Source: a virus
Virus record (IMG/VR): IMGVR_UViG_3300031730_000004
Coordinates: 1 to 63,587 of that record
Direction: 5' to 3' (one strand)
Length of the DNA stretch: 63,587 bases
Position 1 is the first letter of the stretch. Every line of letters starts with the position of its first letter. Position numbers and translations under genes: made by a program. A model generated the notes under the pieces. It was not told where the DNA came from. It worked only from the letters and a program-made list of their open reading frames with translations, and made no database searches. Positions 9,207 to 17,346 of the stretch are shown piece by piece.

Positions 9207-11579
9207 GTGCTTAGAAAAATCCTGCCATTCGTCGTCCTGCTTTTCGCCACCTCGGCCTTCGCACAAAGTGTTCAGCAGTCGGGCACCGTCACCAACAAAC
9301 ATATCCCCTACTGGGTGACATCAGGCGTGATCGCCGACGGCGGCAGTGCCACCGACAGCCCGATTTCCACGATGGGCGTCACCAATAATGGTGGTGCCGG
9401 TTTCTGCGTTTCCAGCGATCGGCAGTCAGCGGCGGGACGCAACCAGCTCTGTTTTGGTGCTTCCACGGCTGCCGCTGCCACCATCACCCTGCAAAACTAC
9501 GGCACGGCTGCTGCGCAGGCTCTGAACTTCGTCATCAATGGCGTGATGCAAAGCTTCATTGCCGGCACCGGAACTTTTACCGCCGGGCATATCCCCTGCT
9601 TCCTGAACTCCACCGGCACCATCCAGGACTGCGGTCTGGCCGCGTCCGCAGGCACGATCACAACGGGCGTCTGGAACGGAACGGCTGTTGCCGTGGGATT
9701 CGGCGGCACCGGAGGCACTACGCAGGCAACGGCACGGACTGGGCTCGGCCTTGGTACGATGTCCACTCAGAACGCCAATGCCGTAGCCATCACCGGTGGA
9801 ACGGTGACTGGATTGCCGACACCGACTGTCGCTGCCGACGCTGCGATAAAATCCTACGTCGATTCGGTGGCGACCGGCTTGAACATTCTGGCTCCTAGCA
9901 GGCTCGCAACTGCGGCCGTGCTTCCCAACAGTCCGACCTATAGTAACGGCGCGTCTGGCGTCGGCGCCACGCTGACTGCCGGATCTGCTACGACGCTTAC
10001 GGTGGACGGGACACTGGTCAACGCAAGCGACGTGGTCCTGGTAAAGAATCAGGCGGCGCCGGCCCAGAACGGCATCTACACACTGACCACGGCGGGTGGG
10101 GGCGTGGCATGGGTGCTGACCCGGGCCACTTACTTTGACCAGGCCGCCGAGATGAAGGTCGGATCGTACACTTTCATCACTGCTGGTGCGGCCAACACCA
10201 ATGCCTCTTTCACCTTGCAATCGACCGTTACGACGGTCGGCACCGATGCCGTGACGTTCGTGCAATTCTCATCGACCGGTTCGGGGGTGACCAGTCTGGG
10301 CGGATCAACCGGCACCATCACACTTGGCGGCGGGTTGGCGATCTCTGCGAACGCGCTGAACACGGCAGGCGGAATTGATTCCAATGTGATCAATTCAGTC
10401 GGCGGAAATTACACCGTTCTGACAACTGATGCTGGCAAGACCATTAACGTTTCGGGCGGACCATTCACGGTAACGCTTCCCGGTGTCGGCGGATTCGGCA
10501 CCACCGATGCGGTCAGCGTGTGTAACGCCAACGCCAACTCGATCACCCAGCATGCTGTCCTGTTGAGCGGCTTTCCCAACCCCATCCTATCCCGTTTGTA
10601 TATGAATCAGTGCGTCACCGTCGCCATCGAGAACGGAGTGTGGGAAGCCAAGATTGTCCCGGGAAGGTTCAGGCCTGCATTTATACCAACCTTGTTTGTC
10701 GATACCGGAGGCAGCGATACCAATGACGGACTGGTGTCCAATGCTCCCGGTAACGCGTTGCGTAACTCCAATACTTGCCCCGTTGTATTGGGACAGGAAT
10801 ACGATCTTCTGTTCTTTCAACCCATCTGTTCTTTAACGACGGGGCAAGTCTTTGGTCCTGTCGCCATTACCGGGCAATTCGTCAATTCTTCTGTCATGTA
10901 CTTCAATGGAAACGGAGGCAACTCCACGGTAAAAGCTACTGCGGCGACGGGCACTTCCGCCTTATTCCTCGCAGATTTTGCGCCATATGTGATTTCCGTC
11001 AACATGACGTGGGATTGCACGGGCGGTCTGTCCACTGGAGCGGGCTGCACAGCGCTTAGCTTGCACCAGCAAGGCGGAATGGATCTAAATTCCGGAACGG
11101 TACTTTCAGGCAATTCGGCAGTTCATGTCGGCCTTAGTTGTGACAGCATGTGCAAGGTTAACGGCGGTGCGACGATTACCTTGTCAGGCACGCTGTTGAA
11201 CGGCATGGTCGGAAATCTCGGAAGCATGTTCAACCTGGGAGGTGGCATCACCCTTGCCAACAGCACCGCGATCAGTAGTGATATCGTTCTGCTGACCGGA
11301 GGAAGCCAGATGAATTTCAGCGGCGGACTTACTGCGGGGTCCGGCATCAGTGTCAGTGAGATCTTCGGGGTTCGCGGAAATGGATCTCAGGCTTGCCTAT
11401 CGAATCTTACCGTATCCGGATCATTCGGCGCCGCTCGCCAGTGGGGGGTGCTTAACAACGGACAGCTGATCAACACCAGCGCACAAGTCGTCCCCGGCAG
11501 TACTTCGGGGATCAACACGCTGGCGACGTGGGGCAACGGCATTGTCGTCAATTCAGGCGCGAGCGCAGGAGGCTGCTGA
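9207..11579 (+). CDS. Tail fibre / receptor-binding protein (790 aa)
   Basis: Motif GFGGTGGTTQATARTGLGLGTMSTQNANAVAITGGTVTGL is the common phage tail-fibre collar-type motif. The C-terminal third is lower in GC and beta-helix-like. N-terminus MLRKILPFVVLLFATSAFAQ. Confidence 0.65.
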   Translation: MLRKILPFVVLLFATSAFAQSVQQSGTVTNKHIPYWVTSGVIADGGSATDSPISTMGVTNNGGAGFCVSSDRQSAAGRNQLCFGASTAAAATITLQNYGTAAAQALNFVINGVMQSFIAGTGTFTAGHIPCFLNSTGTIQDCGLAASAGTITTGVWNGTAVAVGFGGTGGTTQATARTGLGLGTMSTQNANAVAITGGTVTGLPTPTVAADAAIKSYVDSVATGLNILAPSRLATAAVLPNSPTYSNGASGVGATLTAGSATTLTVDGTLVNASDVVLVKNQAAPAQNGIYTLTTAGGGVAWVLTRATYFDQAAEMKVGSYTFITAGAANTNASFTLQSTVTTVGTDAVTFVQFSSTGSGVTSLGGSTGTITLGGGLAISANALNTAGGIDSNVINSVGGNYTVLTTDAGKTINVSGGPFTVTLPGVGGFGTTDAVSVCNANANSITQHAVLLSGFPNPILSRLYMNQCVTVAIENGVWEAKIVPGRFRPAFIPTLFVDTGGSDTNDGLVSNAPGNALRNSNTCPVVLGQEYDLLFFQPICSLTTGQVFGPVAITGQFVNSSVMYFNGNGGNSTVKATAATGTSALFLADFAPYVISVNMTWDCTGGLSTGAGCTALSLHQQGGMDLNSGTVLSGNSAVHVGLSCDSMCKVNGGATITLSGTLLNGMVGNLGSMFNLGGGITLANSTAISSDIVLLTGGSQMNFSGGLTAGSGISVSEIFGVRGNGSQACLSNLTVSGSFGAARQWGVLNNGQLINTSAQVVPGSTSGINTLATWGNGIVVNSGASAGGC

Positions 11580-11854
11580 TGAAATTCATTCTTCTTACGA
11601 TGATGTGTGCGTTCGGACCATGCTATGCTGGTGAACTGCTGCCGCTGGCCAACATGCCTCTCGCCGAAAAAGCCGATGTCCTCCAGGCAGCAAAGGACAG
11701 CGGGCTTCATATCGTGTGGAAAGACGAGCCAGATGCCTACATCAAAGGCGACGAACGCCAGAAGTGGGGCAGCGTCTGGTCAGATGAATCGCGGCTGATG
11801 CCGTTTTGGGAAGCGTACCGCAAAATAGGACGCGACCGCAAACCGAAACCGTAA
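11579..11854 (+). CDS. Small secreted-type protein (91 aa)
   Basis: The ATG overlaps the stop of the tail fibre (TGATG). N-terminus MKFILLTMMCAFGPCYAGE. Confidence 0.45.
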   Translation: MKFILLTMMCAFGPCYAGELLPLANMPLAEKADVLQAAKDSGLHIVWKDEPDAYIKGDERQKWGSVWSDESRLMPFWEAYRKIGRDRKPKP

Positions 11855-11857
11855 CTG

Positions 11858-12484
11858 ATGGCCTTCGTCAACGCCCTCTTCAACCTCTGGCCGTCCGGGG
11901 ACAAGCACATCCCCGGGCTTCGTGACGGCATCGCCGCGGCGGCGCCGACCGTATTTCCGAAGTACGGGATCACATCGAACCTGCTGATCTGTCACGTCAT
12001 GGCCCAGATCAGTCACGAGTGCGGGGCCGGCCTCGAGGTCGAAGAGAATCTGAACTACTCGGCCCTGCGAATGACCCAGGTCTGGCCGCACCGGTTTCCG
12101 ACCATCGCTAGCGCGATCCCCTTCTCGCACAACCCGCGGCTTCTCGCCAACAAGACCTACAACGGGAGAATGGGCAATGCTCTCAATTCCAATGACGGAT
12201 GGAATTATCGAGGTCGAGGAGCTACGCAAACAACTGGACACGATGGGTATAAGGCACTTGGTGAGAAGCTGGGACTCGATCTGCTTCTCCGTCCGGACAC
12301 CGTCAATGACCCATCCCGTTTTCTTGAGTGCGGGGTTGCGGATTTCGTCCTTTGCGGCTGCCTCCCCTACGCCATTCGAGACAATATAGCACTGGTCACC
12401 CTGAAGCTAAACGGCGGCTACACGGGTCTTTCCGAGCGAATCGCGTGGTTCAAGCGGTGGAGGGCGGCTCTGCCGCTGGACTAG
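11858..12484 (+). CDS. Endolysin, glycoside hydrolase family 19 (chitinase-like lysozyme)
   Basis: AQISHECG, EENLNYS and YRGRGATQTTGHDGY match the GH19 catalytic Glu pair and the GRGxxQxTG block. Confidence 0.8.
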   Translation: MAFVNALFNLWPSGDKHIPGLRDGIAAAAPTVFPKYGITSNLLICHVMAQISHECGAGLEVEENLNYSALRMTQVWPHRFPTIASAIPFSHNPRLLANKTYNGRMGNALNSNDGWNYRGRGATQTTGHDGYKALGEKLGLDLLLRPDTVNDPSRFLECGVADFVLCGCLPYAIRDNIALVTLKLNGGYTGLSERIAWFKRWRAALPLD

Positions 12485-12533
12485 GGAACTCAATTGTGGC
12501 ACGTTCGCCACAACTTCACCGGAGACCTCTCCA

Positions 12534-12707
12534 ATGTACACCGCATTCGACAAGGCGATCGTCGGCCTGATCATGGCCGGTGCCGCCGTCGCCAACTATT
12601 TCGGCTTCCACTTCGGCCTGACCGAGTCCAGTGTCAGCGGGATCGTCGGCATCCTCACCCCCATCCTCATATACTTTGTCCCCAACCTTCCGAAGGATCA
12701 GGCATGA
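12534..12707 (+). CDS. Holin-like small membrane protein (57 aa, below the ORF-track cutoff)
   Basis: Own translation: MYTAFDKAIVGLIMAGAAVANYFGFHFGLTESSVSGIVGILTPILIYFVPNLPKDQA. Two hydrophobic helices. The stop overlaps the next ATG (ATGA). Sits next to the endolysin. Confidence 0.45.
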   Translation: MYTAFDKAIVGLIMAGAAVANYFGFHFGLTESSVSGIVGILTPILIYFVPNLPKDQA

Positions 12708-13120
12708 AGAAGCTCATTCTGGTCGGCGCCGTCGCGCTGACCCTTGGCGGCTGCGCCACGCCGTTCGGCACCACTCTGAAGAACATCGGCACTGCCATCT
12801 CGGTCGGCACCGTCTCGATCGCCAACCCGGTGACCCCGACCCGGCTGAACCAGATGGAAAGCGCGATCACGTTGGTGTTCGCCGGCCTCAACACCTGGCG
12901 GGATACCTGCGTCAAGGGCATCATCCCGGCCTCCTGCAAGCAGCAGATCAACGCCGTGCAGGTTTACACTCGCCAGATCCCGCCCTACCTGGCGTCACTG
13001 CGCAGCTTCGTGAAGACCAACGACCAGGTCAACGCGGTCGCTGTCTTCAACAATCTCGCCAATCTGGTCGAGACCATCAAGACCCAGGCTGCCGCCGGCG
13101 GCGCACCGATCGGAGGCTGA
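12704..13120 (+). CDS. Lipoprotein (138 aa), candidate outer-membrane spanin component
   Basis: MKKLILVGAVALTLGGCATPF carries a lipobox (LGGC). Located in the lysis cluster. The internal ATG of track ORF 12494..13120 was chosen. Confidence 0.55.
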   Translation: MKKLILVGAVALTLGGCATPFGTTLKNIGTAISVGTVSIANPVTPTRLNQMESAITLVFAGLNTWRDTCVKGIIPASCKQQINAVQVYTRQIPPYLASLRSFVKTNDQVNAVAVFNNLANLVETIKTQAAAGGAPIGG

Positions 13121-13121
13121 T

Positions 13122-13331
13122 ATGGACATCATGGCAATTCTCGAACTCGTGTCGAAGGGACTGACGGTCGTCTCCATGATTGAGCAGGCGGGGCAGACAG
13201 TCGCCCCAGCCGTCAAGGTGATCGCCGACCTCGTCACCGGCGCATCGGCCGGCACGGTGACCGCGCAGCAACTGACCGACACCGAGACCGCTCTCGACAA
13301 GATGATTTCCGACTTCAACCTGCCGCTCTGA
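13122..13331 (+). CDS. Hypothetical protein (69 aa)
   Basis: ORF 2 nt after the previous stop. Confidence 0.4.
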   Translation: MDIMAILELVSKGLTVVSMIEQAGQTVAPAVKVIADLVTGASAGTVTAQQLTDTETALDKMISDFNLPL

Positions 13332-13344
13332 GAGGCAGGAAGTC

Positions 13345-13866
13345 ATGAGCGACGGATCGATCGACCTTCGGTTCGTCCGCAACAAAGGCTGGAAGTACAG
13401 CGTCGTGGCGTGGCGAGGCCTGATATGTTCGCCGTTTACGCCTACGCATGTCGAGGCCAGGACGAAGCGCAACACCTATCTCGGCATGCACGGCAAGCCG
13501 CACGATGGCTTCCCGGCGGGGATGGTCGAGCGCGCCGTGGGCTACGACGATGGCAAGGTCTACGTCATGCCGGACGGCCGACGATGCGACATCATCGTCT
13601 CCCTGCCCTGCACCAGGGACCAGGAGAACATATTTTACGCCTTCCTGGAGAAGTCGATTGGCGAGCCTTACGACTGGTGGGCGCCATGGACTTTCCTCTT
13701 GGGAGGGCATTACCATCACAAGTTCCATTCGACATGCGCGGCCAAAATCCACATGGCCTTGCGCGCATGCCGTTATTTCCGCTGGCCGACGTCGAGACCT
13801 GCGCACGAGTACGACCCGGCCGATATTCTTGCTATCCTGTCAACCCACGTAGAAATACCACATTGA
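13345..13866 (+). CDS. Possible permuted papain-like (YiiX/NlpC-P60-type) peptidase
   Basis: His-before-Cys order: PTHVEA ... GEPYDWW ... FHSTCAAKIHMAL. Weak motif-level resemblance only. Confidence 0.3.
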   Translation: MSDGSIDLRFVRNKGWKYSVVAWRGLICSPFTPTHVEARTKRNTYLGMHGKPHDGFPAGMVERAVGYDDGKVYVMPDGRRCDIIVSLPCTRDQENIFYAFLEKSIGEPYDWWAPWTFLLGGHYHHKFHSTCAAKIHMALRACRYFRWPTSRPAHEYDPADILAILSTHVEIPH

Positions 13867-13876
13867 GGGTGGATAG

Positions 13877-14179
13877 ATGCATGACCTGCTGTCTTATATC
13901 CACACGCAACTCATTCTCGTTGGTGTCGGCGGCGGGTTCCTTCATGCGCTCCACGAGCGCAAGATCGATCCGCGCGAGATCGCCCGCTACATTGCGGCCG
14001 GCGCACTGGTTTCGAACTTTATCGTGCCTTTGGTGTTGATCTTCGTGCCCAGCATTCCGGAGGAGGCCAGTGGCGGTATCGGGTTCATCATGGGGTATGG
14101 GGTTTTCCGCTTCTGCCGATTCGCCGACAGTTACCTGGACAAAAACCTGAAACCGTTCGAAGGACCAGAGCATGAATGA
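13877..14179 (+). CDS. Membrane protein (100 aa, ~3 TM), holin candidate
   Basis: Hydrophobic segments LILVGVGGGFLHAL, AAGALVSNFIVPLVLIFV and GGIGFIMGYGVF; lysis-cluster position. Confidence 0.4.
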   Translation: MHDLLSYIHTQLILVGVGGGFLHALHERKIDPREIARYIAAGALVSNFIVPLVLIFVPSIPEEASGGIGFIMGYGVFRFCRFADSYLDKNLKPFEGPEHE

Positions 14180-14495
14180 CCTGTTCAACCTCGTCGCCGC
14201 TACCTGCATCCTGCAGATGGCAGTCGTGCTGGCCATGGTGGAAGCCGATCGCGACTATAAGCGCGAATCGCTGCGCATCATCTGGTCCCGCCGAGCCGGA
14301 TTCGGCGCGGGCGCCGCGACTCTGATCTATTCCGGGATCACCCACAACTGGCAGATGGCAGCGTTGCTGATGGCAAGCGCGTGCGTCGTCATTTTCAGCG
14401 TCAACATCATATCGCTGCGGACGCGCAACAAGCCGCCGCTCCACGGTCACCGCCTGCTGGCCCGTACCGCGAACTTCTGGAGACGCTATCCGTGA
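14172..14495 (+). CDS. Membrane protein (107 aa, ~3 TM)
   Basis: LVAATCILQMAVVLAMV, GAGAATLIYSGI and AALLMASACVVIFSVNII. Confidence 0.45.
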   Translation: MNDLFNLVAATCILQMAVVLAMVEADRDYKRESLRIIWSRRAGFGAGAATLIYSGITHNWQMAALLMASACVVIFSVNIISLRTRNKPPLHGHRLLARTANFWRRYP

Positions 14496-14698
14496 CCTGC
14501 AGCCCCAGTGAGTGGACAACAATCGTTACCGCCTTCGCCTTATTGTTGTCCAGTTTAGTGGCAAGTTTCAGCGCCCTGCTTGCCCTGTTTCGCGTGTGTC
14601 AGTCGCACGACATGTTGAAGCAGATGAAAAGGGACAACGATGAAATTGCCCGTCGTCTTGCTGGCGCTGCTGTGCGCCCTGATATCCATCCCGGCTGA
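14492..14698 (+). CDS. N-terminally anchored small protein (68 aa), i-spanin-like topology
   Basis: GTG start in a GTGA overlap. TM segment TIVTAFALLLSSLVASFSALLALF followed by a charged tail. Its 3' end overlaps the next gene by 59 nt. Confidence 0.3.
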   Translation: MTCSPSEWTTIVTAFALLLSSLVASFSALLALFRVCQSHDMLKQMKRDNDEIARRLAGAAVRPDIHPG

Positions 14699-15017
14699 AG
14701 CGCGTCCTCGTAGCACTGATTTTACCGCCGTGGAGCATCCGGCAGGCTGTCCTTGGCGGGCATTCTGCGGGTGCGGCGCTGCGGTACGGATCTTCGGGCG
14801 ACCGGTGCGTGATCTCTGGCTGGCAGCCAACTGGTTTCGCTTTCCACGCGCGACGCCGGCGCCAGGGATGGCTGCAGTGCGACGGCATCATGTATTTGTG
14901 CTCGAGCAGTGGCTGGGCGGGACGACGTGGCTGGTGTTCGACGCCAACTCAGGACATCATGGCACCCGCGTACACGCACGCTCGATCTCGGGCTACGCGA
15001 TCGTCAACCCACACTAA
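14640..15017 (+). CDS. Secreted Cys/His protein (125 aa), possible CHAP/NlpC-like peptidase
   Basis: Signal peptide MKLPVVLLALLCALISIPAEA. Contains CPWRAFCGCG followed by RRHHVFVLEQW...FDANSGHH. Motif-level call only. Confidence 0.3.
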   Translation: MKLPVVLLALLCALISIPAEARPRSTDFTAVEHPAGCPWRAFCGCGAAVRIFGRPVRDLWLAANWFRFPRATPAPGMAAVRRHHVFVLEQWLGGTTWLVFDANSGHHGTRVHARSISGYAIVNPH

Positions 15018-15024
15018 CAACTCG

Positions 15025-15204
15025 TTAGCGTAAAACTGAAAGCAAGATGCGTTCATAGACGGTCGGGAACGCCTCGCTAAGTTCTTGAAGCAATTCCTCT
15101 GCGCGAGCGCGACCCATATTTAAGCCGGCCTTCTTGCACATCGTCGAAAGCACGCTGATGCCCATGTAAGCCGCATAGATCGCGTCTTCCTGCTCTTTGG
15201 TCAC
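15025..15204 (-). CDS. Hypothetical protein (59 aa, GTG start)
   Basis: Own translation: VTKEQEDAIYAAYMGISVLSTMCKKAGLNMGRARAEELLQELSEAFPTVYERILLSVLR. AAGGAAA lies 5 nt upstream. Confidence 0.35.
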   Translation of the reverse strand: MTKEQEDAIYAAYMGISVLSTMCKKAGLNMGRARAEELLQELSEAFPTVYERILLSVLR

Positions 15205-15232
15205 GGTGTTTTCCTTAAGTGGTGTTTATCGC

Positions 15233-15484
15233 TCAGTCGTCGAGTTCTTCCGGGAACTTCTCGAAATAGCTCTGCCGATCTAGGCGCTCTTGGATATCCT
15301 CGGCGTCGCTCAGCGCAAAACAATACGTGACGCCAACGATCTCTTTCATCCACATCCAAGTATGGTTAGGCGTTAGGCTGGTATATCTCCAACCAGCATC
15401 ACGCAGCGCCTTCGCAGTGATCTCGTTGGCCTCCTGCCGCAAATTAGCGGCCTTGTTGAACCATGACTTTTCAAAATCAGGCAT
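15233..15484 (-). CDS. Hypothetical protein (83 aa)
   Basis: AGGAGA RBS before the ATG; low-GC patch. Confidence 0.5.
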   Translation of the reverse strand: MPDFEKSWFNKAANLRQEANEITAKALRDAGWRYTSLTPNHTWMWMKEIVGVTYCFALSDAEDIQERLDRQSYFEKFPEELDD

Positions 15485-15505
15485 CCTGTTTCTCCTGTGC
15501 GGTCT

Positions 15506-15604
15506 TTAATGCGACATGGCGGCAGCGCCGAGGTAGATAAGCTCGAAAGTCAGGCCGAAAGCGATCGTCAAGGCGATGGCGGTCCAAACGATGCGCTCGA
15601 TCAC
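15506..15604 (-). CDS. Single-TM miniprotein (32 aa)
   Basis: Own translation: VIERIVWTAIALTIAFGLTFELIYLGAAAMSH. GTG start in a GTGA overlap with the upstream stop. Confidence 0.35.
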   Translation of the reverse strand: MIERIVWTAIALTIAFGLTFELIYLGAAAMSH

Positions 15605-15732
15605 GACTTGCCTCTCTGGTAACGTCGATGTTCCCGTTTGTCCGCGATCCACCCGCCCGCCACCCACAGCGCGTAGAACGGCGACAAGGCGATCGTCGTT
15701 GCGATCATAAGCCAGCGAACGAGGGTGATCAT
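15601..15732 (-). CDS. Small membrane protein (43 aa)
   Basis: MITLVRWLMIATTIALSPFYALWVAGGWIADKREHRRYQRGKS. ATGA overlap with the upstream stop. Confidence 0.4.
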   Translation of the reverse strand: MITLVRWLMIATTIALSPFYALWVAGGWIADKREHRRYQRGKS

Positions 15733-15914
15733 GCCCGGCCGCCGACTTCCAGATACCTTACCCGCAGTTCTACGCGGGGGGTGTTGGTCGGCTCGCGACC
15801 GTGCAAAACCCACTCACGCACGGTCGTGTACGACTCACCGAGCTCGCGGGCGAGGTCGGCTACACGCCAACCCCTCCGCTTCATGATCCGCTTCAGTCGC
15901 TTCTGGAACGTCAT
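15729..15914 (-). CDS. Small HTH DNA-binding protein (61 aa)
   Basis: GWRVADLARELGESYTTVREWV is a helix-turn-helix pattern. Confidence 0.55.
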   Translation of the reverse strand: MTFQKRLKRIMKRRGWRVADLARELGESYTTVREWVLHGREPTNTPRVELRVRYLEVGGRA

Positions 15915-15917
15915 GGT

Positions 15918-17342
15918 TTACCCCTGCTTGAAAAAGTCGTCGAGCATGGTGGCGAGCTCCGGGTTGGCCGAAGCCGGCTGGCCTTGGGCGAGCCCGAACC
16001 CCATGTCGGTCTGGCCGGGGAGCGCGCCGCCTCCGGCACCGGCCGATGCTTGCCCGGGATGCGGGAAGGGGGCCTGCGGGGCGCCGGCGGGTTGCTGGAT
16101 GGACTGTCCTGTCAGTGCTGCTCCATTGGCCGCCTGCATCTCTGCGGCCGTCCTGCGCCTCCGCTTGGTCGTGGGCTCAGCCTGCTGGCCCGGGTTCACC
16201 ACAGAGGGGGCAGCCCCGGTCGAGGAGGGTTGATTCATAGCCGCAGCGCCAGCAGGGAACGTACCGGCTTGCATGAAAGGGCCGGGCTGTTGCACCTGCT
16301 GGGGCGTTTGCTGGACGAACTGCTGCGATGGTCCGGTTGCCTGCAGACGCGGATCCGGCCACTGCACGGGCATCTGTTGCTGGGTGCCCTGCTGACCCTG
16401 ACCAGACCACTGCTGCGTGGGCTGAATCTGCGTATGAGGCAGGTTCAAATCACCCATTCCGGCGACTTGCGACTGTACCGGCTGTTGGACTTGCACGATC
16501 TGCCCTTGCGCAGGCTGAACCATTGGCTGAGGAGGTTGCCCGCTGAACTGAATCGTCGTCTGCTCATGCCCTGTAGGCTGATACGCGATCGCCCCCGCTG
16601 GCCGCGCCACGTCGTTCCGCCCCAGCAAAGCGTCAGTCTTCTTCTCGGCGTAGGCCGCCTGCCGCAGCTGGGCGGTCGGTTCGTCGATGTAGGACATCGC
16701 CCGGAAGCCAAGCGTGCCCTGCGAGATAAACCAGATGCGGGTGATCAGGTCGACGATGTTGGCGCCGTTGCCCTTGGCCGTGTTCACATACTCACGGAGC
16801 GGACCATGGCTGTTCGGCGGCACCGCCAGCAGGAACAGGGTCGGGAAGCCGGGGATCAGCAGCGCGATCTTCTGCTTGTGCGAGCACCAAGGGACCTTCT
16901 TATTGTTCTGGTTGATCTTGGTCCACTCGGACATGGGGCATTCCGCACAGGTGCGCGTCGGAGAGCCAGCCATTGGATGCGGCGGACGCAGCAGCGGAAC
17001 ATTTCCAGCCGAGATTGACGGACCAATGCCGTTGTCCGAGAAGCAGTCGGGACGCCCGCCTTCGGCGTTCTTGACGTAAGCTCCTGCGAAATAGATGCGC
17101 GACATGACATGGTTGACGTCGATGATCGCGGCGTCGAGGTACACGCCCAAACCGGGGCGATTCGCTTCTCCAGCATCGAAGGTCGGGACCGGGATCTCGT
17201 TGTTCGATGCGTCGATCAGCGTGAACCTACCGTCTTCAATCGAGACGTGCGGGGGCATCGCCGAACCGAGATTGGCCGAGAGGGCGGCGCCGACGTCGGG
17301 GGCCTGATAACCTTGCAAGTAGGCAGGAAGCTGGTTGGTCAA
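15918..17342 (-). CDS. SSB-like architecture protein (474 aa); putative ssDNA-binding/replication accessory protein
   Basis: Globular N-terminal ~240 aa with a Cys cluster (CFS..., CAECPMSEW, WCSHK). Then ~220 aa of Q/P/G low complexity. Acidic-aromatic C-terminus LATMLDDFFKQG. Confidence 0.35.
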   Translation of the reverse strand: MTNQLPAYLQGYQAPDVGAALSANLGSAMPPHVSIEDGRFTLIDASNNEIPVPTFDAGEANRPGLGVYLDAAIIDVNHVMSRIYFAGAYVKNAEGGRPDCFSDNGIGPSISAGNVPLLRPPHPMAGSPTRTCAECPMSEWTKINQNNKKVPWCSHKQKIALLIPGFPTLFLLAVPPNSHGPLREYVNTAKGNGANIVDLITRIWFISQGTLGFRAMSYIDEPTAQLRQAAYAEKKTDALLGRNDVARPAGAIAYQPTGHEQTTIQFSGQPPQPMVQPAQGQIVQVQQPVQSQVAGMGDLNLPHTQIQPTQQWSGQGQQGTQQQMPVQWPDPRLQATGPSQQFVQQTPQQVQQPGPFMQAGTFPAGAAAMNQPSSTGAAPSVVNPGQQAEPTTKRRRRTAAEMQAANGAALTGQSIQQPAGAPQAPFPHPGQASAGAGGGALPGQTDMGFGLAQGQPASANPELATMLDDFFKQG

Positions 17343-17346
17343 AGGT

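Noticed and set aside
15801-17018. 405-aa plus-strand ORF antisense to the SSB-like gene
   Set aside because: Arg/Leu/Gly-rich composition typical of antisense frames in high-GC DNA. The minus-strand frame has coherent domains and operon coupling.
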